DNA from: an uncultured delta proteobacterium | GTDB taxonomy: Bacteria; Desulfobacterota; Binatia; HRBIN30; BPIQ01 | Assembly: GCA_963761335.1 (NCBI GenBank) | Contig: CAVXGR010000011.1 | Coordinates: forward strand, 480,001-544,000 | Direction: 5' to 3' | Length of the DNA: 64,000 bases | Shown: piece after piece, positions 36,715 through 46,827 of the stretch | Position numbering within the stretch: the first letter of the stretch is position 1 | Layout of the letters: each line of letters begins with the position of its first letter | Program-made: the position numbers and the translations under genes | The notes under the pieces: model-generated | The model's input: only the letters and a program-made list of their open reading frames with translations | Database searches by the model: none | What the model was told of the DNA's origin: nothing

Positions 36715-37239
36715 ATGAGCGAGACCTGTGGCCAACGGCCTCCCGCCGCCGCACCGCCGGCTGACGATGGCCGCGACCCCTCGACCTGGACGCCCGAGAT
36801 GCTGGCGCGCCTGCAGCGCCTTCTCGACCGCAGCGCCGCCAGCGCCGGCGCCGCGGTGCGCGACACCTTCGAGAGGCCGGAGCGGCGCATGTCCGCTGCC
36901 GAGCTCGTCGCTTTCTGGAACACCTCGCGCATGAAGGCCATGGCCACCGCCGGGCGGCGCGGGCCCCATATCGCCCCGGTGCACGCCGAGCTGGTCGACG
37001 GCCGCCTGCGCACCACCATCTACGAGACGGCGCTGCGCCGCCGCGACATCCGCGCCAACCCCGAGGTCGCCTTCACCACCTGGGGCGACGGCGGCGCGGT
37101 CGCCATCGTCTACGGCCGCGCCCGGGAGCTGCCGGGGAGCCTGCGCGAGACGCGCCCCGGCGCCACCGGGGCCCCGCGCCGGGTGGTCACCCTGGAGGTC
37201 GAGATGTCGCGCATCTACGCCATGCGCGGCCGCTCGTAG
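36715..37239 (+). CDS. Pyridoxamine 5'-phosphate oxidase-like (split-barrel) protein
   Basis: AMATAGRRGPHIAPV, RRRDIRANPEVAF, VYGRA. Confidence 0.72.
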   Translation: MSETCGQRPPAAAPPADDGRDPSTWTPEMLARLQRLLDRSAASAGAAVRDTFERPERRMSAAELVAFWNTSRMKAMATAGRRGPHIAPVHAELVDGRLRTTIYETALRRRDIRANPEVAFTTWGDGGAVAIVYGRARELPGSLRETRPGATGAPRRVVTLEVEMSRIYAMRGRS

Positions 37240-37292
37240 GGAAAGGTTCGGGCCTTGCGCCCGGGCGCGAGCTGTAGTTCTTTCTGAGCGCC

Positions 37293-38387
37293 ATGGCCGA
37301 GGAACAGAAGACGATCCCCAGCGATCCGCCCGAGACCATCGCCATCCGCAGCGGCGAGGACTTCGACCACGAACGTCTGGCCGCCTATCTGCGCGGCCGG
37401 CTGCCCGGCTCGGAGCGGCCGCTCGAGGTGGTCCAGTTCGCCGGCGGGCACGCCAACCTGACCTATATGCTGCGCTACGGCGACAGCGAGTACGTCCTGC
37501 GCCGCCCGCCGCTCGGCCCGGTGGCGCCGTCGTCGCACGACATGGGCCGGGAGTACCGCGTCCTCTCCGTCCTCCACAAGGGCTATCGGCCGGCACCGCG
37601 CGCCTACGTCTTCTGCGAGGACCCCGCCGTCATCGGCGCCCCCTTCTTCGTCATGGAGCGCCGCCGCGGCGTGGTGGTGCGGCGCCACGTTCCGCCGCAG
37701 TTCGGCGGCGGCGAGGACGCCGGCGTCAACCGCCGTATCAGCGAGGTGCTGATCGACACGCTCGCCGATCTGCACGAGGTCGACACCGCGGCGGTCGGCC
37801 TCCAGGATCTCGGCAAGCCCGAGGGCTTCATGCGCCGGCAGATCGACGGCTGGACGGCGCGCTACGAGCGGGCGAAGACGAAGGACGTCGCCGTCGTCGG
37901 CGAGCTGTCGCAGTGGCTGCGCGACCGCCTGCCGCCCTCGCCGGCGCCGACGCTGCTGCACAACGACTGGCGACTCGACAACATGATGCTCGACGCCAAC
38001 GACCCGGGGCGCTGCGAGGCGGTGTTCGACTGGGACATGTGCACGGTCGGCGATCCGTTCGCCGATCTCGGCACCCTGCTCTCCGCCTGGATCGAGGACG
38101 GCGAGGCCGTGGGCGGCTCGAACTGGGTGAGCATGCCCTCGATGACGCCCGGCTTCATGACCCGCAAGCAGGCGGTCGAGCGCTACGGGAAGCGCCGCGG
38201 CATCGACGTCAGCAACGTCCCTTTCTACTACGTCTTCGGCATCTTCAAGATCGCCATCGTCCTGCAGCAGATCTACTACCGCTACCACGTCGGGCAGACG
38301 CGGGACGAGCGCTTCGCCGGCTTCGAGCAGGGCGCCGAGATGCTCTTCTGGATCGCCAAGCAGCGCAGCGAGTCGATGACGCTCTGA
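37293..38387 (+). CDS. APH-family phosphotransferase (ACAD10/11 N-terminal kinase-like)
   Basis: QFAGGHANLTY, VLRRPP, HDMGREYRVL, HNDWRLDN, DWDMCTVGDP. Confidence 0.92.
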   Translation: MAEEQKTIPSDPPETIAIRSGEDFDHERLAAYLRGRLPGSERPLEVVQFAGGHANLTYMLRYGDSEYVLRRPPLGPVAPSSHDMGREYRVLSVLHKGYRPAPRAYVFCEDPAVIGAPFFVMERRRGVVVRRHVPPQFGGGEDAGVNRRISEVLIDTLADLHEVDTAAVGLQDLGKPEGFMRRQIDGWTARYERAKTKDVAVVGELSQWLRDRLPPSPAPTLLHNDWRLDNMMLDANDPGRCEAVFDWDMCTVGDPFADLGTLLSAWIEDGEAVGGSNWVSMPSMTPGFMTRKQAVERYGKRRGIDVSNVPFYYVFGIFKIAIVLQQIYYRYHVGQTRDERFAGFEQGAEMLFWIAKQRSESMTL

Positions 38388-38390
38388 AGG

Positions 38391-38693
38391 CGAGGTGTTG
38401 AGGTGCTGGGGTGATGGGGGGAACCGCAGAGGCGCTGAAGACGCAGAGGAGAAAACCGCCAAGGCGCCGAGGACGCCAAGAGAAGAGCGCAGAGAAGAAG
38501 AGGGGAGAGGCTACTTCGCGCGCCCGGAACCGCCCGCACGGCACTAGTCGCCGCGGGAAGTAGCCTCTCCCCTCTTCCCCTTGGCGTCCTTTCTTTGCGT
38601 TCTTGGCGCCTTGGCGGTTTTCCTCTAGGTCCCTCAGCGCCTCTGCGGTTCCATTTCCCTCAACACCTCAACACCCCAACACCCAACACCTCG
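38391..38693. repeat. Four-layer nested palindrome
   Basis: Perfect inverted pairs of 19, 18 and 20 bp nested inside GGTGTTG/CAACACC repeats. Confidence 0.9.
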
Positions 38694-38699
38694 TCTTTC

Positions 38700-39893
38700 T
38701 CACTCGTACTGCGCGAGGATGCGGCGGGCGACGACCATCTTGTGGACCTCGTCCGGGCCGTCGTAGATGCGCGCCAGCCGCGCCTGCCGATAGAACATCG
38801 ACAGCGGGTGATCCTCGGTGACCCCGGCGGCCCCGAAGATCTGGATGGCCTTGTCGACGACGCTCTGCAGCACCCGTGCGCCGAAGAACTTGATCAGCGA
38901 GATCTCCTCGCGGGCTCCCTGGGCGCCGGCGGTATCGATCTTCCAGGCGGCGTGCAGGGTCATCAGGCGCGCCGCCTGGATGTCGGCGCGGGCTTCGGCC
39001 ACCCAGTCCTGGATGTTCGCCTTGCGCGCCAGTGTGCTGCCGAACATCTCGCGCTGGTTGGCGTAGCGGCACATCATCTCGAAAGCCCGCTGCGCCACGC
39101 CGAGCCAGCGCATGCAGTGATGGATTCGCCCTGGGCCGAGGCGCTCCTGGGCGATGACGAAGCCCATGCCCTCGCCGCCGAGGATGTTGGTCACCGGCAC
39201 CCGGCAGTCCTCGTACCAGATCTCGGCGTGATGGTTGTCGTAGTCGCCCATCACCGGCACGCCGCGGGCAATGCGAAACCCCGGGGTGTCCACCGGCACG
39301 ATGATCTGACTGAAGCGCAGGTAGGGGTTCTCCTGATCCGGGTTGGTCATCGCCATGACGATGGCGAAGGAGGCTCCGTGGGCACCGCTGGTGAACCACT
39401 TGTGCCCGTTGATGACGTAGTCGTCGCCGTCGCGCACCGCCGTGGTGCGCAGCAGTCGCGGATCCGAGCCGGCGACCTCCGGCTCGGTCATCGAGAAGCA
39501 GCTGCGGATGTCGCCGTTGACCAGCGGCGCGAGCCAGCGCTTCTTCTGCTCGTCGGTGGCGAAGCGCCAGAGGATCTCGGCGTTGCCGGAGTCCGGCGCC
39601 TGCGAGCCGACGCAGACCGGCGCCACCGGGCTGCGCCCGAGAATCTCGTTGACGAAGACGTAGTGCATGAAGGGCAGACCGGCGCCGCCGGCCTCGCGCG
39701 GCAGGTGGAAGGCCCAGTAGCCCGCCTCCTTCGCCTTCGCCTGCACGGCGCGGATGAAGGGCGGATAGGCGGGTCCGCCCACCTCCATCTTCCAGCCCTC
39801 GTGCCGCTGCTCCAGCGGATATACGTACTCGTCCATGAAGGCGCGCACATTGTCGCAGAGGGTCTGAATCTCTTCGGGGATCTCGAAGTCCAT
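38700..39893 (-). CDS. Acyl-CoA dehydrogenase (ACAD10/11-like)
   Basis: APDSGNAE, FSMTEPEVAGSD, INGHKWFTSG, QERLGPGRIHHCMR, RIYDGPDEVH. Confidence 0.93.
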   Translation of the reverse strand: MDFEIPEEIQTLCDNVRAFMDEYVYPLEQRHEGWKMEVGGPAYPPFIRAVQAKAKEAGYWAFHLPREAGGAGLPFMHYVFVNEILGRSPVAPVCVGSQAPDSGNAEILWRFATDEQKKRWLAPLVNGDIRSCFSMTEPEVAGSDPRLLRTTAVRDGDDYVINGHKWFTSGAHGASFAIVMAMTNPDQENPYLRFSQIIVPVDTPGFRIARGVPVMGDYDNHHAEIWYEDCRVPVTNILGGEGMGFVIAQERLGPGRIHHCMRWLGVAQRAFEMMCRYANQREMFGSTLARKANIQDWVAEARADIQAARLMTLHAAWKIDTAGAQGAREEISLIKFFGARVLQSVVDKAIQIFGAAGVTEDHPLSMFYRQARLARIYDGPDEVHKMVVARRILAQYE

Positions 39894-39965
39894 GGCGTCC
39901 TCCTCGGCTCACCGTACCAATGGGACATTCGCGGCTCTGGGTCAAAGGGGGGACAGGCATCGGCT

Positions 39966-40106
39966 CCGGGGGTTGAAGAGGCTGTCTCAAAACCCGGGCA
40001 AAACGATTCCGCCGGCCCGCGGGCCAAGGTAGAAGCGGCGTCTCGCCGCTTCGGGAAGCGCCGGGACGGCGCTTCTACTTTTTGAGACAGACTCTTCAAC
40101 CCCCGG
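39966..40106. mobile_element. MITE-like element with 27-bp TIRs enclosing one family D REP
   Basis: ccgggggttgaagaggctgtctcaaaa (39966-39992) vs 40080-40106, one mismatch. Confidence 0.78.
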
Positions 40107-40165
40107 CGAGCATCATGGGGCCAGGCTCTGGCGAAGATCCTCCACCCAACAGATTTTCGAAGCAG

Positions 40166-40926
40166 TGCATCATGAGCCTTGCGGCTCACCAGTCGACGAT
40201 GAAAATGAGGCCGGGGATCTGCCCCGGCAAGAGATTTGGAGGCCCTCGCCTGGGCGAAGTTCGCCCCGGAGGGGCGGTGGCATGTAGCCCCGGGTGAAAC
40301 CCGGGGAAAGATGCGCGCTTTGTCATGCGCGCCCCGCCAGGGGCGCGGGCAAACTTTCGTCGATGTCGCGCCTGTACGCCGATGATCACCGCTGGGTGCG
40401 TGGGAAGCTCATCGAGGTGATTCACGCGGCCTCTACGCCTGCGCTCCTCCGGGGCGCTGAACTGGGCCAATCGGAGCGGTCCCCGGGTTGACACCCGGGG
40501 CTACATGCCTGCGCCCCTCCGGGGCGATAAGCTCCACCCCAAGCGCCACGGCTCCGCCAGACTTTCACCCAACAGATTTTCGAAGCAGGCTACTTTGCGG
40601 TCCGGGATCATCACCGCATCGCCGGATCCACCGCAAAAGTAGCCTGCTTCGAAAATCTATTGGGTGGCGCTTCGGGGGCGCGTTCCCTCTCCCGCACTAC
40701 TGGCGGGAGAGGGTCAGGGTGAGGGCGCCGATCTCTGTGAAGGCCGTGGAGATTCACCAGCTTTCAGTGAGAGGGACCCCTCACCTTGATCCTCTCCCCG
40801 CGAAAAGATGCGGGGAGAGGAAACCCGCCCCCGCGGCGCGGAAATATCATCGCAAGCGTCTGATCAGTGAATCAGGACGCCGTCCATTTTCATCGTCTGC
40901 TGGCGAGCCGCAAGGCTCATGATGCA
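40166..40926. mobile_element. Two tail-to-tail element A copies (40166-40587 +; 40644-40926 -) abutting both arms of a family C palindrome
   Basis: Both right ends read GAAGCAG|GCTACTTT(T)GCGG; the second copy carries family B cargo. Confidence 0.75.
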
Positions 40927-40961
40927 CTGTCCCCACTGGCGGCTGTCGCACCAGCCTTGGT

Positions 40962-40990
40962 TTGACCCTCCTCCACCCCAATGGTAAACG
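40962..40990 (+). promoter_or_regulatory. Candidate sigma-70 promoter for sugar-modification operon
   Basis: TTGACC-N17-TAAACG with extended TG. Confidence 0.45.
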
Positions 40991-41034
40991 GCTGACGCAG
41001 CCAGCTTTTCTCTGCGGAAGTGCGAAATCCCTCA

Positions 41035-41982
41035 ATGAATCCGAAACGGGTCCTGGTGACCGGTGCGGCGGGATTCGTCGGTGCCGTCCTGGTGCGGCGG
41101 CTGCTCGCCGACGGTCACGAGGTGCATGCGATCGTCCGCGCCAGCAGCTCGCCTTGGCGCCTCGCCGACGTCGATGCCGATCTGCGCTGGCACGCGCTCG
41201 ACCTGCGCGACGCCGCGGCGCTCGACCGCGCCCTGGCGGCGGCTCGCCCCGAGGTCGTCTTTCACCTGGCGGCGCACGGCGCCTATCCGGCGCAGACGGA
41301 GGTGGACGACATCCTCTCCACCAACGTCACCGGCACCTGGAATCTCCTCCGCGGCCTCGGGCGGCGCGACTACGAGATCCTCGTCAACACCGGCAGCTCC
41401 TCCGAGTACGGCTTCCGCGACACGCCGATGAACGAAGGGGATCGCCCCGCGCCCAACAGCTACTACGCCGTGGCCAAGACCTCGCAGACGCTGCTCTGCC
41501 AGCACGTCGCCCGCGCCGAGGGGCGGCCGATCACCACCTTCCGCCTGTTCAGCATCTACGGGCCGTACGAAGAGCCGACGCGCCTCATCCCCACGATCAT
41601 CCGCCGCTGCCTGAGCGGCGAGGACCTGGTGCTCACCTCTCCGCAGACAGCGCGCGACTTCGTCTTCGTCGACGACGCCGTGGACGCCTACCTGCGATTC
41701 GACCGCCTGGCGACTCTCTCCGGCGAGGTGATCAACATCGGCAGCGGCACGCAGAAGACACTGCAGGAGGTGGTCGATCTCGTGCTCCGGCACACCGGCG
41801 CCCGGGTGCGCTGCCAGTGGGGCACCATGCCCGACCGCATCTGGGACGCGCAGACGTGGGTCGCCGACGCGACGAAGAGCCGCCGGCTGCTCGGCTGGGA
41901 GCCCCACACCTCTCTCGACCAGGGCATCGCGCGTACGGTCGCGTGGAACCAGGAGCAACGTGCTGTCCCGCGAGTCGCCTGA
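41035..41982 (+). CDS. NAD-dependent epimerase/dehydratase (extended SDR)
   Basis: TGAAGFVG, HLAA, GSSSEYG, YAVAK, YGP, RDFVFVDD. Confidence 0.93.
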   Translation: MNPKRVLVTGAAGFVGAVLVRRLLADGHEVHAIVRASSSPWRLADVDADLRWHALDLRDAAALDRALAAARPEVVFHLAAHGAYPAQTEVDDILSTNVTGTWNLLRGLGRRDYEILVNTGSSSEYGFRDTPMNEGDRPAPNSYYAVAKTSQTLLCQHVARAEGRPITTFRLFSIYGPYEEPTRLIPTIIRRCLSGEDLVLTSPQTARDFVFVDDAVDAYLRFDRLATLSGEVINIGSGTQKTLQEVVDLVLRHTGARVRCQWGTMPDRIWDAQTWVADATKSRRLLGWEPHTSLDQGIARTVAWNQEQRAVPRVA

Positions 41983-42823
41983 GCCGGCCGCGGCAGGCGC
42001 GTTGGCGGAGGCCCATCTCGCCGAGCTCGCGGCGCGCGCCCGCACCGTGCGCGCCGCCGTGGTGCGCATGGCGCACTCCGGACGCACCCCGCACGTGGGC
42101 TCTGCCCTCTCCTCAGTCGACATCCTGGTGACCCTTTACTTCCGCGCCCTGCGCCTCGATCCGGCGGCGCCGGCCAGCGCTGCCACCGACCGCTTCATCC
42201 TCAGCAAGGGCCACGGCTGCATGTCCTACTACGCCACCCTGGCCGAGCGCGGCTTCTTCCCGCGCCAGTGGCTGGACACCTACGCGCTCAACGGCGGCCG
42301 CCTGGCGGAGCACCCGAGCCCGCGCGGCATCCCCGGCGTGGAGGTCGCCACCGGCTCCCTCGGCCACGGCCTCGCCGTGGGCACCGGGGCGGCGTTGGGG
42401 CGGCGGATGAACGGCCGGCCGGGACGGACCTTCGTCCTGCTCAGTGACGGCGAGTGCAACGAGGGCAGCGTCTGGGAAGCGGCGATGTTCGCCGCCGGCC
42501 GGCGGCTCGACTCGCTGGTGGCGATCGTCGACTACAACAAGCTCCAGGCGATGGGTCGCTCCGAAGAGATCACCGCGCTGGCGCCGCTGGCGGAGAAGTG
42601 GCGCGCCTTCGGCTGGTGCACCCGCGAGGTCGACGGACATGATCTGGCGACGCTGGCGCGCTGCTTCGACGAGGTTCCCTTCGCCGCCGGACAGCCAAGC
42701 GCCGTGATCGCGCACACGGTGAAGGGGAAGGGCGTGTCGTTCATGGAGGACGACACCGAATGGCACTACCGGCCGCCGACGGACGAGGATCTGGCCCGCG
42801 CCCTCGCCGAGATCGAAGGCTGA
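41960..42823 (+). CDS. Transketolase, N-terminal ThDP-binding subunit
   Basis: HVGSALS, DRFILSKGH, TGSLGHGL, SDGECNEGSVWEA, TVKGKG. Confidence 0.92.
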   Translation: MLSRESPEPAAAGALAEAHLAELAARARTVRAAVVRMAHSGRTPHVGSALSSVDILVTLYFRALRLDPAAPASAATDRFILSKGHGCMSYYATLAERGFFPRQWLDTYALNGGRLAEHPSPRGIPGVEVATGSLGHGLAVGTGAALGRRMNGRPGRTFVLLSDGECNEGSVWEAAMFAAGRRLDSLVAIVDYNKLQAMGRSEEITALAPLAEKWRAFGWCTREVDGHDLATLARCFDEVPFAAGQPSAVIAHTVKGKGVSFMEDDTEWHYRPPTDEDLARALAEIEG

Positions 42824-42828
42824 GCTTT

Positions 42829-43755
42829 ATGCGCAACGCCTTCATTCGCGCCCTCACCGAGGTAGCCGGCGACGACGAGCGCATCGTCTTTCTCACCGCC
42901 GACCTCGGCTTCAAGCTCTTCGACGACTTCGCCCGCCGCTTTCCCGGCCGCTTTCTGAACGTCGGCGTCGCCGAGGCCACCATGGCGAGCGTCGCCAGCG
43001 GCCTCGCCCTCGAGGGCAAGAAGCCGTTCATCTACTCGATCGTTCCTTTCGCCACGCTGCGTTGCTACGAGCAGATCCGCGTCGACATCTGCTACCACGA
43101 GGCCGACGTCACCGTCGTCGGCGTCGGCGGCGGCTACAGCTACGGATTGAACGGCCCCACGCACCACGCCATCGAGGACATCGCGGTGATGCGCGCCCTG
43201 CCCAAGATGACGGTGATCTGCCCCGGCGACCCGCTCGAGACCGCCGCCGCGGTGCACGCCCTGGCGCGCCACCGCGGCCCCGCCTACCTGCGCCTCGGGC
43301 GCGCCGGCGAGCCGGTGGTGCACGCCGCGCCGCCCCAGCTCCGCATCGGCGAGAGCATCCAGCTGCGCGACGGCGGCGACGTCTCGCTGCTGTCCACGGG
43401 CAACATGCTCGCCACTGCCGTCTCGGTTGCCGACCTGCTGTCCCCGCAGGGCGTCTCCTGCCGCGTGGTGAGCATGCCGACGGTCAAGCCGTGCGACACC
43501 GGCGCCATCGCCGCGGCAGCACGCCGCACGCCGATCATCGCCACCCTGGAGGAGCACAGCCGCATCGGCGGCCTCGGCAGCGCCGTCGCCGAGCACATCG
43601 CCGAGATGGGCGTGCCGGTGCGCCTGCAGCGCTTCGGCGCCGCCGACGAGTTCTCGCACGTCTGCGGCGATCAGGATTTCCAGCGCCGGGAGAACGGTCT
43701 GGCGCCGTCGCAGATCGCCGCCCGCCTGCTCGAGCTGGTGCAGGGCGCCTCCTGA
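42829..43755 (+). CDS. Transketolase, C-terminal subunit
   Basis: TADLG, NVGVAE, EQIR, GPTHH, YLRL, EEHSRIGGLGSAVAE. Confidence 0.92.
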   Translation: MRNAFIRALTEVAGDDERIVFLTADLGFKLFDDFARRFPGRFLNVGVAEATMASVASGLALEGKKPFIYSIVPFATLRCYEQIRVDICYHEADVTVVGVGGGYSYGLNGPTHHAIEDIAVMRALPKMTVICPGDPLETAAAVHALARHRGPAYLRLGRAGEPVVHAAPPQLRIGESIQLRDGGDVSLLSTGNMLATAVSVADLLSPQGVSCRVVSMPTVKPCDTGAIAAAARRTPIIATLEEHSRIGGLGSAVAEHIAEMGVPVRLQRFGAADEFSHVCGDQDFQRRENGLAPSQIAARLLELVQGAS

Positions 43756-43795
43756 AGCAGGCCGCCGGAACCTCCCCGGCGCACGGCCGCCAGCC

Positions 43796-44518
43796 ATGAG
43801 CGAGCATCCCGAAGTATCGATCATTCTTCCGATCCACAATCAGGCGGATCACCTCGCCCCGGTGGTCCAGGGCTACCTCTCCGTGCTCGAGCGCCTGAAG
43901 CACACCTTCGAGCTGGTGTTGGTGGTCAACGCCAGCAGCGACGCCTCGCTGGAGGTCTGCCAGCAGATGGCGGAGAAGCGCGCCGACCTGCGCGTCCTCC
44001 ACAGCGAGGAGGGGGGCTGGGGCCGCGCCGTGCGCGACGGCATCGAGGCGGCGCGCGGCGACATCATCGCCTACACCAACTCGGCGCGCACCAGCCCCTA
44101 CTCTCTCGGTCTTCTCGTCATGCTGGCGCTCGCCAACCCCGAATGCGTGCTCAAGGCAAACCGCCGGCTGCGCTATCCCTTCTTTCGCCGCCTCGGCTCG
44201 ATGCTCTACAACCTCGAGTGCCGCGCCCTCTTCAGCCTCGCCGTGTGGGACGTCAACGGCACCCCCAAGGTGTTCAACCGCCGGCAGAGTCGGCTGCTGA
44301 ACCTGCAGGAGAGCGGCGATCTGATCGACCTCGAGTTCGTCGTCAAATGCCGTCGCCACAACCTGCAGATCCTCGAGGTGCCGATCGTCTCGGCGGCGCG
44401 CTACGGCGGCGACTCGACGACGCGCCTGGGCTCGGCCCTGGGCATGTACCGCGGCGCCCTGCGCATGTGGCGCGCCATGCGCCAGCCCCTCCCCGAGGAG
44501 GACTCCGCAGCGCGATGA
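43796..44518 (+). CDS. GT2 family glycosyltransferase (polyprenol-phosphate type, atypical)
   Basis: SIILPIHNQ, VNASSD, GWGRAVRDG, DVNGTPK, IDLE, ILEVPI; DxD position reads NSA. Confidence 0.82.
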   Translation: MSEHPEVSIILPIHNQADHLAPVVQGYLSVLERLKHTFELVLVVNASSDASLEVCQQMAEKRADLRVLHSEEGGWGRAVRDGIEAARGDIIAYTNSARTSPYSLGLLVMLALANPECVLKANRRLRYPFFRRLGSMLYNLECRALFSLAVWDVNGTPKVFNRRQSRLLNLQESGDLIDLEFVVKCRRHNLQILEVPIVSAARYGGDSTTRLGSALGMYRGALRMWRAMRQPLPEEDSAAR

Positions 44519-45696
44519 AAGAGCCGCGCCGCGACCAGCTGTGGGCCGCGCACGACGCGGCGCTGCGCCAGCCCGAGGACATCGTCGCCTTCTGGGAAGG
44601 GGCGCCGGCGCCCGATCCCCGCCTGCTCCGCTGCCAGACGCGCGGCCGCTGGTGGGAGACACTCGCCGAGAAACGCATCACCCTCCTGGTCACCCGCGAG
44701 TACGAGCACCTGCTGATGGCGCTCTCGGCCGGCGAGAGCGGCTCCTCGGCGACCTTCCTGCGGCTGCCGCATCCCTCCGGCCTGGTCGCCGATCGCCAGC
44801 GAAGGCGCGTCTACGTCGCCAGCACGCGCAATCCCAACCAGATCTACGTCCTGCGCCCGGCCGCAGCGCCGCCGGCGGAGCGGCCGCTGATGCCCGCCGC
44901 CGCCTGGTTCTTTCCCGGCCGCCTCTACCTGCACGATCTGGCGCTGATCGGCGGGGCACTGTACGGCAACTCCGTGGGGCAGAACGCGGTGGTGCGCCTG
45001 CGCCCCTCGGGAGAGCACGAGCGCGCCTGGTGGCCGCGCTGCATCGAGATCGATGACCAGCCGCGGTTCGCGCGCAACCATCTGCAGCTCAACTCGATCG
45101 CCGCCGGCGCCAGCCTCGAAGATTCCTTCTTCTCCGCCTCGACCGACGAGGTCGGCGAGAGCGTTCCGGGCGACGCCGACTTTGCCGTCGATCGGCGCGG
45201 CGTGATCTTCTCCGGGAGATCGCGCCAGGTGATCGCCCGCGGGCTCACCCGGCCGCACTCGGCGCGGCTGCACGGCGACGCGCTCTGGGTCGACAACAGC
45301 GGCTACGGGGAGGTCGGCGTGGTCGAGGCAGGAGGCTTCCGCGCCGTCCATCGGCTCTGCGGATGGACCCGCGGGCTGGCCTTCTGCGACGACGTGATGT
45401 TCGTCGGCACGTCTCGCGTTTTGCCGCGATTTCGGCAATATGCACCTGGTCTCGAGGTCGAGACCAGCGAGTGCGGCGTGCACGCCATCGATCTGGCCTC
45501 GGGCGAAATCCTGGGCAGCATCGTCTGGCCCTTTGGAAATCAGATCTTCGCAATCGACTGGACCCCCGTGGAGATGACCAGGGCACTGCCCTTTCGGACG
45601 GATGAGGAGCCCTCGAGCCAGCGGCGCGTCGGCCTCTTCTACGGCTTCGATCTGGAGGCGAGCGGGAACGATTCGGCCGAGGAGGATTCGAACTGA
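44515..45696 (+). CDS. DUF4915/TIGR03032-like beta-propeller protein
   Basis: LHDL, WWPRCI, HLQLNS, GLTRPHSAR, LWVDNSGYGE, GWTRGLAF, FVGTSR. Confidence 0.75.
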   Translation: MKEPRRDQLWAAHDAALRQPEDIVAFWEGAPAPDPRLLRCQTRGRWWETLAEKRITLLVTREYEHLLMALSAGESGSSATFLRLPHPSGLVADRQRRRVYVASTRNPNQIYVLRPAAAPPAERPLMPAAAWFFPGRLYLHDLALIGGALYGNSVGQNAVVRLRPSGEHERAWWPRCIEIDDQPRFARNHLQLNSIAAGASLEDSFFSASTDEVGESVPGDADFAVDRRGVIFSGRSRQVIARGLTRPHSARLHGDALWVDNSGYGEVGVVEAGGFRAVHRLCGWTRGLAFCDDVMFVGTSRVLPRFRQYAPGLEVETSECGVHAIDLASGEILGSIVWPFGNQIFAIDWTPVEMTRALPFRTDEEPSSQRRVGLFYGFDLEASGNDSAEEDSN

Positions 45697-46622
45697 TGGC
45701 GGATTTTCGATTGCTCATGTTGTCGGCGATGTACGAGAACGGCGGCAACACGACGCACCGGCTCCTCGACGGGCACCCGCAGCTGCGCGTCTACCCGTTC
45801 GAGTCACAGCTCGGCACCCATCTGGTCCACGACCACCTGACCTCGATGTTTCCGGTCAAGTACCGCTGGCCGGTGTTTCGCCTCGACGCCACCCCGGAGG
45901 AGGACTACCAGGCGATCATCGACGAGGAGGGCAAGGTGCGGGCGCGCACGCCGCAGGTGAGCAAGTTCCGCCACATGCCCTTCGATTTCAGCGACGACGA
46001 GCGCAAGCGCCTGTTCGTCCGCTACGTGCGCGAGAGCGGCCGCTCGCGGGCCCACAACGTCGCTGCTTTCTTCCGCGCCACCTTCGACGCCTGGCGCGAT
46101 TTCCGGCGCACCGAGGAGCAGAGCGTGCACGTGGGCTACAGCCCGATCGTGGGGGTGGACGCCGACAAGATCCTCGACGACTTCGCCGAGGCGCACGTGC
46201 TGCACGTGGTGCGCAATCCGTGGTCTGCCTACGGGGATACCAAGAAGCGGCCGGTGCCGATGTCGCTGGAGCGATACGTCACCGCCTGGGTGACCACGCA
46301 GCACCACGCCCTGGTCTTCCAGCGCCGCTACCCCGGCCGCATGCACGTGCTGCGCTACGAGGACATCATCGATGACCCGCAGGCCATTCTCGGCGCGCTC
46401 TGCGAGGCCATGGGGCTGCGGAAGAGCGCGACCCTGGCGCGGCCGACGTGGAACGGCACGGAGCTCGAGGAGGTCTACCCGTGGGGCACCATCCGGCGGG
46501 CAACGCCCGCGGTGAACGAGAGCACCGCGCAGGAGCTGTCCTCACAGGAGCAGGAGCGAATCCGCCTCTGGGCCCAGCCGTACCTCGATACCTTTCACTA
46601 CGATCGACCCGGACGCGGCTGA
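45696..46622 (+). CDS. Sulfotransferase-fold protein with atypical motifs
   Basis: RLLDGHPQL, HVVRNP, LRYEDII..P..ILGALCEAMGL; 5'-PSB position reads YENGGNT. Confidence 0.75.
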   Translation: MADFRLLMLSAMYENGGNTTHRLLDGHPQLRVYPFESQLGTHLVHDHLTSMFPVKYRWPVFRLDATPEEDYQAIIDEEGKVRARTPQVSKFRHMPFDFSDDERKRLFVRYVRESGRSRAHNVAAFFRATFDAWRDFRRTEEQSVHVGYSPIVGVDADKILDDFAEAHVLHVVRNPWSAYGDTKKRPVPMSLERYVTAWVTTQHHALVFQRRYPGRMHVLRYEDIIDDPQAILGALCEAMGLRKSATLARPTWNGTELEEVYPWGTIRRATPAVNESTAQELSSQEQERIRLWAQPYLDTFHYDRPGRG

Positions 46623-46827
46623 GAGTGTGTTCAGCTCGAGCAGCAAGAAGGGGACTGGCTCCTTTTCGGCGCCAAGGCGATTCGAGCAAGGACTCGCTGC
46701 TCGTCGCCGAAAAGGTGCCTGTCCCCGCCCGCTCGTGCCGGGGGACAGGCAACTTTTGCGGGCGAGATTGCTGCTGCCATGAGATGCCGAGGCGCAAAAG
46801 TAGCCTGTCCCCAGCCCTGATCTTCCC

